A DNA stretch of 13,506 bases from Candidatus Iainarchaeum sp. GTDB lineage: Archaea > Iainarchaeota > Iainarchaeia > Iainarchaeales > CSSED10-239. The stretch is from assembly GCA_937968065.1 (NCBI GenBank), contig CALBUD010000027.1:1-13506 (forward strand). The letters are read 5' to 3'. Of the stretch, positions 1 to 6,033 are shown in pieces; the first letter of the stretch is position 1; each line of letters starts with the position of its first letter. Made by a program: the position numbers and the translations under genes. Below the pieces are notes generated by a model. The model did not search any database, was not told the origin of the DNA, and saw nothing but the letters and a program-made list of their open reading frames with translations.

Positions 1-496
1 TTTGCATATCTTCTGGTGTTACATGCATTTCTGTAATTAATCTATCAACTTTATTAATAAATAAAACAGGTTTTACTTTTTCTCTTAAAGCTTGTCTTAA
101 TACAGTTTCTGTTTGTGGCATTACACCTTCAACAGCATCAACAACTAAAACAGCACCATCAACAGCTCTCATCGCTCTGATAACGTCACCAGTGAAGTCA
201 ACGTGACCTGGTGTATCAATAATATTTACTAAAAACTTTTCTCCATCAATATCACATGGAACAGAAACATTTGCAGAATTAATTGTAATTCCTCTTTCTT
301 GTTCTAAAATATATGAATCCATGAATCTTTGTTCTCCTGCTAAGTCTTTTGAAATTAAACCAGCAGTTGCAACTAAATTATCTGTTAAAGTAGATTTACC
401 ATGATCAATGTGTGCAATAATTGCAATATTTCTAATATTTTTTGTATTTGCCATAAGCTTTTCTGCAAGCTCAGCAACTTGTTCTTTTCTTCCCAT
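1..496 (-). CDS. fusA: Translation elongation factor 2 (aEF-2), N-terminal GTPase domain; partial, continues beyond the left edge
   Basis: Absent from the ORF track because there is no stop in the window. Hand translation of the reverse strand from ATG at 496-494 gives [78 protein letters not shown]...[14 protein letters not shown]...[11 protein letters not shown]1 (AHIDHGKST), G3 (DTPGH) and G4 (NKVD) motifs are typical of EF-2/EF-G. GGTGA SD (reverse of 504-508) lies 7 nt upstream of the ATG. Confidence 0.93.
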   Translation of the reverse strand, partial: MGRKEQVAELAEKLMANTKNIRNIAIIAHIDHGKSTLTDNLVATAGLISKDLAGEQRFMDSYILEQERGITINSANVSVPCDIDGEKFLVNIIDTPGHVDFTGDVIRAMRAVDGAVLVVDAVEGVMPQTETVLRQALREKVKPVLFINKVDRLITEMHVTPEDMQ

Positions 497-560
497 TTTA
501 CTTTCACCTTTATAGTTATTTTTAGATCTGTATTTTTTTATAATATGATTTTAAAAAAAT
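497..560 (-). promoter_or_regulatory. Putative fusA promoter/5' leader (TATA-like TTATAAAAAAA plus GGTGA SD)
   Basis: On the minus strand: ATTATAAAAAAATACAGATCTAAAAATAACTATAAAGGTGAAAGTAAAATG. The TATA-like box (about 534-545) sits about 45 nt upstream of the ATG, which would leave a short leader containing the SD. TATA-like strings are common in this AT-rich DNA, so confidence is low. Confidence 0.3.
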
Positions 561-699
561 ATTAATATTTGCTATACTACCTTTTATTTAGGATAATACT
601 AAAAATAGTATACTATATATAATATAGGTAGAGATTTATTTAAATACCTTTTCTTATGAGCTGAAAATCATTTATTTTTTATAAATTAGTATATTTTTG

Positions 700-1332
700 C
701 TAAAAATCTCTTTTTTTAAGAAAACATATAAATCTTCTCTTATAATTGTTTGTACCATAACTTATTGCCTTTATTTTTTGAATAATAAAGTGCTTTTTAA
801 AAGTTTTAATTATTTCTTTTTTAGATAAAGGATATGAGTATATCTTAATTAATGTATTTTCATAAATATTTTTATTTTTAAAAGTATGTTCTCTTTTATC
901 AAAACAAAAAAGTAAAACTTTTCCATTTTTTTCTAAAAGACTTGAAAGAATTTCTGAATATTTTTCTCTTTTTTCTGGTAGAATGTTATGAAAAAGACCA
1001 ACATCTAAAATAAATTCATATTTTTCTTTAGATATCTTTTTTGAAAAAATATCTTTTTGCTTAAATATAAGATTTGGATGAGAATAATTTTTTTTTGCAA
1101 GATAAATAATATCTTTAGAGATATCAATTCCTGTTATATTAAAACCTTTTTTTGAAAGATAATAAGAATAATAACCATTTCCACACCCAACATCTAAGGT
1201 TTTACAAGGTATTATCCAGTTAGAATTTATTGTTTCTTTAAACCAATCAGGTATGTTAGTTCTTATCCAAGGAAGTTTTTTAAGATTTGAAATTGAAGAA
1301 TAAATATCATTCCAATTATTTGTTTTGCTCAT
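700..1332 (-). CDS. Class I (Rossmann-fold) SAM-dependent methyltransferase, TehB/UbiE-like small single-domain type; substrate unknown
   Basis: 210-aa ORF with ATG start and TAG stop. Motif I LDVGCGNGYYSYYL is followed by an acidic end of beta-2 (ITGIDIS), then KQKDIF and FILDVGLFH (motifs II/III region). An N-terminal W..IY....LPW....IPDWF segment is common in this family. Confidence 0.85.
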   Translation of the reverse strand: MSKTNNWNDIYSSISNLKKLPWIRTNIPDWFKETINSNWIIPCKTLDVGCGNGYYSYYLSKKGFNITGIDISKDIIYLAKKNYSHPNLIFKQKDIFSKKISKEKYEFILDVGLFHNILPEKREKYSEILSSLLEKNGKVLLFCFDKREHTFKNKNIYENTLIKIYSYPLSKKEIIKTFKKHFIIQKIKAISYGTNNYKRRFICFLKKRDF

Positions 1333-1370
1333 AATTTTCTTTTAAAAAATAAGTTTATTTTTAAATATTT

Positions 1371-1910
1371 TTATTTTTTCAATTCTTTTTCTAAATTATT
1401 TATATATTTTTTAAATTTTTCAGATTCAGATAATTTATTAGTGTTAGTTATAGAAAACTTAGATAAAATTGACATTGAAACTTTTTCATTTTCAACAATA
1501 GTTTTAAGGTCAATGCCTTTTTCCATAAGTTTTGAAAGTATCTTTTCAGTTAAATTAAATCTATATCTTATAAGAAAAGGACCATAATAAATAGCACCTG
1601 TTCCAGGCACATAAAAAAATTTAATATTCTGTGGATATTTTTCTAAAAATTTACTAAAAAAATAAGTTGATTTAGGGTAACTTTTAGATAATAATTTATA
1701 AAACTTATATCTATTAAACCTATAAATATATTTGATTGGTTGTTTTGAAGTTTTTACTTTTCTTAAAAACTTAACAAAATCTTTATAAACAGAATCTTTA
1801 ATTTTATTAGTGTCTTTTATTTTTTCAGTTCTACTAATATCTTTAACTTTTCTTAAAGATTCTTTTTTTTCAATTTTAGTCTTTTTAAAAAACTTATTTA
1901 ATAATTTCAT
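1371..1910 (-). CDS. Hypothetical lysine-rich protein (179 aa), related over its N-terminal ~90 aa to the upstream 253-aa ORF
   Basis: Long ORF on the same strand as its neighbours, separated from them by 38- and 46-bp gaps; ATG start, TAA stop. I recognise no domain. It shares colinear motifs with ORF 1957-2718 (KDISRT / IKDTN / KTSK / RYK / EKYPQN). Confidence 0.6.
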   Translation of the reverse strand: MKLLNKFFKKTKIEKKESLRKVKDISRTEKIKDTNKIKDSVYKDFVKFLRKVKTSKQPIKYIYRFNRYKFYKLLSKSYPKSTYFFSKFLEKYPQNIKFFYVPGTGAIYYGPFLIRYRFNLTEKILSKLMEKGIDLKTIVENEKVSMSILSKFSITNTNKLSESEKFKKYINNLEKELKK

Positions 1911-1956
1911 AATAAACTTACTCTTTATAAAACAAATTTAAATATTTTTAAAAGAA

Positions 1957-2718
1957 TTATCTTACAATATAATGTTCTACAACATCTCCAAAATATTTTT
2001 CTTTTTTAAAATTTTGAACAATAACAAATTTTTTAGATTTATTTTCTCTAGTTTTAGATACATAAGGTAAAAAATCTCCAGAAATAGACCTAATATACTC
2101 ATAAACAGGATTTAGTTCACCTAACTTTCCTTGATTGCTTAAAATATTTTGATTTTCAAGATTACTAATTCTTTTAAATTCATTAAAAGACTCTATAAAA
2201 AATTTATTTCCTTGAACTACAAGTTCACCTTTTTCTTTTTTAATTAAAAGTTGATAAAAAATTTCAGAAAATATTTGAACATAAACAGATTGCATATTAG
2301 GATTTCTTTTATTTATAAAGTTTACAATAGTATCTATAACTTCAACTGCCATTTCAGTGTATCTTTTATCATGAAATCTTTTTTTTAATAATTCTATTTC
2401 TTTTTGTGTTTTATTAGGATATCTTTCTTTAATCAATTTATCTGAAATTTCTAAAGATCTAAATAAAGAATAAACTCCTCTTACTAAAAGTTCTCTTGAA
2501 TCTTTTCCATTTAATTCTTTATATCTTGATTTATTTACAACAAATTCATTTTTTTTAGAAGTTTTTAATTTATTATATAAGTTTTTAATTGCTTTTGAAT
2601 ATTTAATATTATAATCTTTAATATCGTAAGATCTACTAATGTTTTTTATTTTTTTTTCTAAAACATACTTTTTACCGTACCTAAGTCTATCAGTCATTAA
2701 AGATTTTATTTTTTTCAT
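1957..2718 (-). CDS. Hypothetical lysine-rich protein (253 aa), first gene of the three-gene insertion
   Basis: Long ORF with ATG start and TAA stop. A TATA-like TTTATAAA (2751-2758) lies about 36 nt upstream of the ATG. I recognise no domain. It shares motifs with ORF 1371-1910 (KNISRS / IKDYN / KTSK / RYK / ERYPNK). Confidence 0.65.
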   Translation of the reverse strand: MKKIKSLMTDRLRYGKKYVLEKKIKNISRSYDIKDYNIKYSKAIKNLYNKLKTSKKNEFVVNKSRYKELNGKDSRELLVRGVYSLFRSLEISDKLIKERYPNKTQKEIELLKKRFHDKRYTEMAVEVIDTIVNFINKRNPNMQSVYVQIFSEIFYQLLIKKEKGELVVQGNKFFIESFNEFKRISNLENQNILSNQGKLGELNPVYEYIRSISGDFLPYVSKTRENKSKKFVIVQNFKKEKYFGDVVEHYIVR

Positions 2719-2744
2719 ATATTTCTCTAAAAATATATAATAAC

Positions 2745-2760
2745 AAAATGTTTATAAAAG
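2745..2760 (-). promoter_or_regulatory. Putative TATA box for the inserted three-gene unit
   Basis: TTTATAAA at 2751-2758 lies downstream of the rps7 terminator-like structure and about 36 nt upstream of the ATG at 2718. That spacing fits a short-leader archaeal transcript. Weak evidence in an AT-rich context. Confidence 0.3.
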
Positions 2761-2797
2761 AAATAGATATTCATAAAATTAAAAAAAATAATTATTT

Positions 2798-2836
2798 AAA
2801 AAAAATAAAAAAAGAAACTGATAAAAATATCAGTTT
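2798..2836 (-). terminator. Terminator-like hairpin plus oligo-T tract downstream of rps7
   Basis: Perfect 9-bp inverted repeat AAACTGATA (2815-2823) / TATCAGTTT (2828-2836) with a 4-nt loop, 34 nt after the rps7 stop. On the transcribed (minus) strand it is followed immediately by C-T7-A-T8 (2814-2798). Oligo-T tracts are the established archaeal termination signal. Confidence 0.5.
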
Positions 2837-2870
2837 TATTAAAATTAAAAAAAGTCAAAACAAAATTAAT

Positions 2871-3470
2871 TTATCTTGAACCTTGAGCAATTCTTTCAAT
2901 CTCATCTTTTCTTTTAACAGCATAACTTTTTTGATCATTTTTAGATGCAGCAATAATCTCTTCTGAAAGAGCAGATGCCATATCTTTTCTAGATTTAAAA
3001 GTTACTTTAAAAGGAGCAAGAGCTAGATTTTTTAAAGCTTCATCAAGTCTTAAAATAGGAGCAATATCAACTGCTTGGTTATAGGTAATTCCTCCTCTTT
3101 TAAGTCTGATAATATCTTCTCTTGGAGCAGAATATTCAATAGCTTCAACAAAAACTTGAACAGGATTTTTCTTTGTAACTCTATTTATTTCATCAAAAGC
3201 TTGATCAAGAATTTTTATCATATGTTCTTTTTTACCACAAGCTTTTTTTCCTCTTATAAATTTTCCAGAAAGTTTTTTCTTTCCTTGTCCAGATCTCATC
3301 ATTTTGTTTATAAGTCTTTCAACAACATTTACTTTAGCTTTATCTGTAGGAGTACTTTTTGCAACTCCAAAAGTGTGTGGAATTTCTTTTTCTTTAAAAC
3401 TAATATATCTTGCTATTCCTAAATCCTTACAAACAACATCATTAGTTGTCCATTTACCTAAAATCATCAT
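2871..3470 (-). CDS. rps7: 30S ribosomal protein S7 (uS7)
   Basis: The 199-aa ORF has the archaeal S7 pattern (VERLINKMMRSG...GKK, ...VEAIEYSAPREDIIRLKRGGITYNQAVDIAPILRLDEALKNLA...). GGTG SD (reverse of 3478-3481) is 7 nt upstream of the ATG. Canonical position after rps12. Confidence 0.95.
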   Translation of the reverse strand: MMILGKWTTNDVVCKDLGIARYISFKEKEIPHTFGVAKSTPTDKAKVNVVERLINKMMRSGQGKKKLSGKFIRGKKACGKKEHMIKILDQAFDEINRVTKKNPVQVFVEAIEYSAPREDIIRLKRGGITYNQAVDIAPILRLDEALKNLALAPFKVTFKSRKDMASALSEEIIAASKNDQKSYAVKRKDEIERIAQGSR

Positions 3471-3493
3471 ATTTTAACACCGATTTATAAATT

Positions 3494-3919
3494 TTATCTC
3501 TTAGATTTTTCTTTTCTACCTGATCTTAACATTTCAAGTGATTGACCATTAACTTTTACAACCTTATATTTAACACCCCAAAGATCTCCAACAGGTCCAC
3601 CCTTACGTCCACCAATTCCTTCAACAGTTACTTGATCGTGGATTTCTATAAATTTAATAGCTTTATCTTTTGGTGCTAAAGCTGTAAGTTCTTTTCCATT
3701 TTTTATAAGCTTTACTCTAACACATTTTCTAATTCCTGAATTTGGCTGTCTTGCTGTAATTCCTTTTTTTTCAAGAACTATACCTTTTGCTTGAGGAGCT
3801 CCTCTTAAAAGTCCTTTTTTAACTTTTGTTTTTACACTTCTTTTTTCTCTAGGATCTTTTTTATTCCATTTTTTTCTATCTTTTAAGTTTTTTCTTGCTG
3901 CAAATTCTCCGTTTGCCAT
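3494..3919 (-). CDS. rps12: 30S ribosomal protein S12 (uS12)
   Basis: Conserved core [38 protein letters not shown]...[14 protein letters not shown]. The ORF track starts at ATG 3925, but GGTGA (reverse of 3926-3930) abuts that codon with zero spacing. The in-frame ATG at 3919 ([10 protein letters not shown]...) has a 6-nt spacing and is the more likely start. Confidence 0.94.
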   Translation of the reverse strand: MANGEFAARKNLKDRKKWNKKDPREKRSVKTKVKKGLLRGAPQAKGIVLEKKGITARQPNSGIRKCVRVKLIKNGKELTALAPKDKAIKFIEIHDQVTVEGIGGRKGGPVGDLWGVKYKVVKVNGQSLEMLRSGRKEKSKR

Positions 3920-3944
3920 ATTCATTCACCTTTTTTTAAAAATT

Positions 3945-4202
3945 TTATTTTTTATATTTTTCTCTAAATCTTTTTGCAACCAAGTCAATTGGTTGATTTT
4001 TTTCTTTTGCTTCCTTAAATATTTCTTGAAGTATTTTTTTTGCTATTTTTTCTTCTTTAACATATATACCTAAATTCATTAAAGTTGAAGCTTCAGGTCC
4101 TGCTTTATATGCTTTTAATTTTTTTTGTTTATTTAAGTTTTGTTTTATTTTTTTTTTTGATGTTGGTTTAATATCTCTAATTGGTTTTCTTCTAGCCATC
4201 AT
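3945..4202 (-). CDS. Small basic hypothetical protein (85 aa) in the position normally occupied by nusA
   Basis: ORF packed tightly between rpl30e (9 nt gap) and rps12 (19-25 nt gap). GTGA SD overlaps the rpl30e stop, 9 nt upstream of ATGATG. The product has a K/R-rich N-terminus and then a predicted helical segment (GIYVKEEKIAKKILQEIFKEAKEKNQPIDLVAKRF). There are no KH-domain GxxG motifs, so it is not NusA. Confidence 0.55.
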   Translation of the reverse strand: MMARRKPIRDIKPTSKKKIKQNLNKQKKLKAYKAGPEASTLMNLGIYVKEEKIAKKILQEIFKEAKEKNQPIDLVAKRFREKYKK

Positions 4203-4211
4203 GTCTAAAAA

Positions 4212-4706
4212 TCACTTTTTTTTAATTTTTAAAATTCCTTTTAAAGCTTCATCATCTTTTATTGATTTTTCTTGTTCTTCTTCTTTTTTAATCTCTTTAA
4301 GTTTTTTTGCTTTAGTTTTTTCAGCTTTCTTTTCTTCTTTTACAACTTTTTTCTCAGCTTTTATAGCTTGTTTTGTAATCTTTGTTTCAACAACATCCTT
4401 ATTATTAATAACATCAATAATTGATGATTCTCCAATCTCCTTTATTGCAACTACAGAAACATTAAAAGGTTTACCACAAACAGAACCAAGCTCAAAACCA
4501 GTATCTGGATATTCAATAAAGTTTATTTTTAATAATTTTGAATAATGTTCAATTTGTTTTTTTGTAATTTTTTTTAAAGTTTTAGAAACAACAACTATCT
4601 TAGGGTCACCCACAAGACATTCTCTTAAAGATTCTTTAGTTCCAAAAACTACTTTTCCTGAATCAACTGAATTTCTAAGTTGTGTATTAAATCTATTCCA
4701 ATCCAT
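4212..4706 (-). CDS. rpl30e: 50S ribosomal protein L30e (eL30) with a ~64-aa K/E-rich C-terminal extension
   Basis: Residues 1-100 align convincingly with archaeal L30e (LRNSVDSGKVVFGTKESLR...PKIVVVS...IEHYSKLLKINFIEY..TGFELGSVCGKPFNVSVVAIKEIGESSII). GTGA SD is 7 nt upstream. Canonical position after rpoA''. This is the only ORF in the window that ends in TGA. Confidence 0.9.
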   Translation of the reverse strand: MDWNRFNTQLRNSVDSGKVVFGTKESLRECLVGDPKIVVVSKTLKKITKKQIEHYSKLLKINFIEYPDTGFELGSVCGKPFNVSVVAIKEIGESSIIDVINNKDVVETKITKQAIKAEKKVVKEEKKAEKTKAKKLKEIKKEEEQEKSIKDDEALKGILKIKKK

Positions 4707-4764
4707 ATCTTTTTCACATATTTTTAATTATTTATATAATATATATTTATGTTTCACAACATTT

Positions 4765-4785
4765 AAAAAAGAAAGCTTTCCTTTC
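4765..4785 (-). terminator. Weak terminator-like element between rpoA'' and rpl30e
   Basis: The minus strand directly after the rpoA'' TAA reads GAAAG-GAAAG-CTTTC-TTTTTT (5-bp stem, 5-nt loop, T6). It is followed by TATA-rich sequence upstream of rpl30e. This fits the known division of archaeal rpo and str clusters into separate transcription units, but the stem is short. Confidence 0.3.
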
Positions 4786-5949
4786 TTAATTTTCTTCTAA
4801 TCCCTCTTGTTTCTTAATCATTTTTTTAAGATTTTTAGGGTCAAGTGTAAGTTTAACTCTACCTGTTCCTGCAAGTATAGGTTGTCCAACAATTAAGTTT
4901 TCTATAATTCCTTTAAAATTTTCTCTTTCTCCATCAAATGCAGCTGAAAGAATGTGCTTTACTGTTTCTTCAAAAGATGCTCTTGCAAATGGACTTGTTT
5001 TTTCTCCAGTTATTCCTGTTCTTACAACTCCTTTTACTTTTCCATTAAAACACATAAGGTCTGCTAAGATAGAAAGATGTCTTTGGTTAATTTCAATTCC
5101 ATTACTTTCAAAAGTAAATTTTAATTCTTTAATAATTGATGCTCTTGCAGCTTCAATTCCAAAAACTTTATTTATTTCTAAAATGTCATTTGTGTATGTT
5201 CTATCAGTATCAACTTCTGGTATTTTTAAAACTTCAGAAAGATTTGAACCTTTTGTTGAAATTACTTTTTCTCCAGCTTCTTCTGTAATAACAGTAAGTT
5301 CTAAGTTTTTAACTCCAAATAAAGGTATTTTATTCCATTTTAATAAAGCTTTTCTAATATTAAACAAAGGTGTTGTTTTATCAAAAGTAAAATTTATTCC
5401 ATTTTTATTTGGTGTAAATCTTTTTGAAACATAAGTATCGTTTATCTTATCATATATAAGTGTCATTGTTTCTTCTTTATCTAAATCAAGTTCATCTAAC
5501 TTATCATGATTTAAAATAAAAGAAACAGTTCTATTTTCAAAATCTTCTTGAAAATCTCCAATTGTTGAAACTTTAATATCTATTAAACTTTTTGCAAATT
5601 TATTTAATTTTTTTTCTGTTGCAAAAACATCTTTTTTAAGATATATTTTCATAGAAGGATATTTTGAAGAAAGTCTACCATCAACAATCTCAATAACTCT
5701 TTGAATTCCTTGACCGACAGAAACTTCTAAAGATCCAGCATAGTGCTTTGTTCTTAAAGTTAACTGAGTTCCAGGTTCACCAATAGATTGAGCAGCAATA
5801 AGCCCGATAGCATCACCAGGAGTTACTAAAGATTCATTATATCTTTTAGTAACAATATCAATTAATCTTTTCTTTTTAGCATCACTAAAGCTTTTTTTAT
5901 TAGAATAATTTTCAATTCTTTCTAAAATATTTTTTGGTAGTTCTCTCAT
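4786..5949 (-). CDS. rpoA2: DNA-directed RNA polymerase subunit A'' (Rpo1C)
   Basis: Conserved AAQSIGEPGTQLTLRT.HYAG and C-terminal ...SFEETVKHILSAAFDGERENFKGIIENLIVGQPILAGTG. The track start at 5958 is a GTG. That GTGA is more likely the SD for the in-frame ATG at 5949 (MRELPKN...), 5 nt downstream. Confidence 0.95.
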   Translation of the reverse strand: MRELPKNILERIENYSNKKSFSDAKKKRLIDIVTKRYNESLVTPGDAIGLIAAQSIGEPGTQLTLRTKHYAGSLEVSVGQGIQRVIEIVDGRLSSKYPSMKIYLKKDVFATEKKLNKFAKSLIDIKVSTIGDFQEDFENRTVSFILNHDKLDELDLDKEETMTLIYDKINDTYVSKRFTPNKNGINFTFDKTTPLFNIRKALLKWNKIPLFGVKNLELTVITEEAGEKVISTKGSNLSEVLKIPEVDTDRTYTNDILEINKVFGIEAARASIIKELKFTFESNGIEINQRHLSILADLMCFNGKVKGVVRTGITGEKTSPFARASFEETVKHILSAAFDGERENFKGIIENLIVGQPILAGTGRVKLTLDPKNLKKMIKKQEGLEEN

Positions 5950-6013
5950 ATTTTTCACTTTTTTTTAAAAAATTTTATTTTTTTATAAAAACCTACTCTT
6001 TAAAATTGCGCGT

Positions 6014-6033
6014 GAACCGAGCAAAACCGGTTC
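6014..6033 (-). other. GC-rich stem-loop at the rpoA' stop codon (GAACCG / CGGTTC, 8-nt loop)
   Basis: 6-bp perfect inverted repeat at 6014-6019 / 6028-6033, inside a 26-nt segment (6008-6033) with 16 G/C. It sits in an otherwise almost pure A/T 74-83 bp spacer. Its 5' arm on the mRNA begins at the last base of the rpoA' TAG. Confidence 0.4.

Noticed and set aside
596-611. Palindrome ATACTA-AAAA-TAGTAT downstream of the methyltransferase gene
   Set aside because: It is a 6-bp A/T-rich stem with no following T-tract on the transcribed strand. It cannot be distinguished from chance in this composition.
3075-3422. 115-aa plus-strand ORF antisense to rps7
   Set aside because: It lies entirely inside the well-supported rps7 CDS. 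Its product is F/S/N/I-rich low-complexity sequence, as expected from reading a K/E-rich AT-rich gene backwards. There is no SD. It is a shadow ORF.
4148-4158. A11 homopolymer (T11 on the plus strand) inside orf85, as a possible slippage or phase-variation site
   Set aside because: It simply encodes SKKKI in frame. Long A/T runs are frequent throughout this window (in lysine codons and spacers), so nothing singles this one out.
4201-4545. 114-aa plus-strand ORF antisense to rpl30e
   Set aside because: It is the reverse complement of the K/E-rich L30e tail, giving an F/S/L-rich low-complexity peptide. It is a shadow ORF.
4952-5434. 160-aa plus-strand ORF antisense to rpoA''
   Set aside because: It is embedded in a highly conserved RNAP subunit gene and has no recognisable motifs or ribosome-binding site. 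Long antisense ORFs are expected in stop-poor AT-rich coding DNA.
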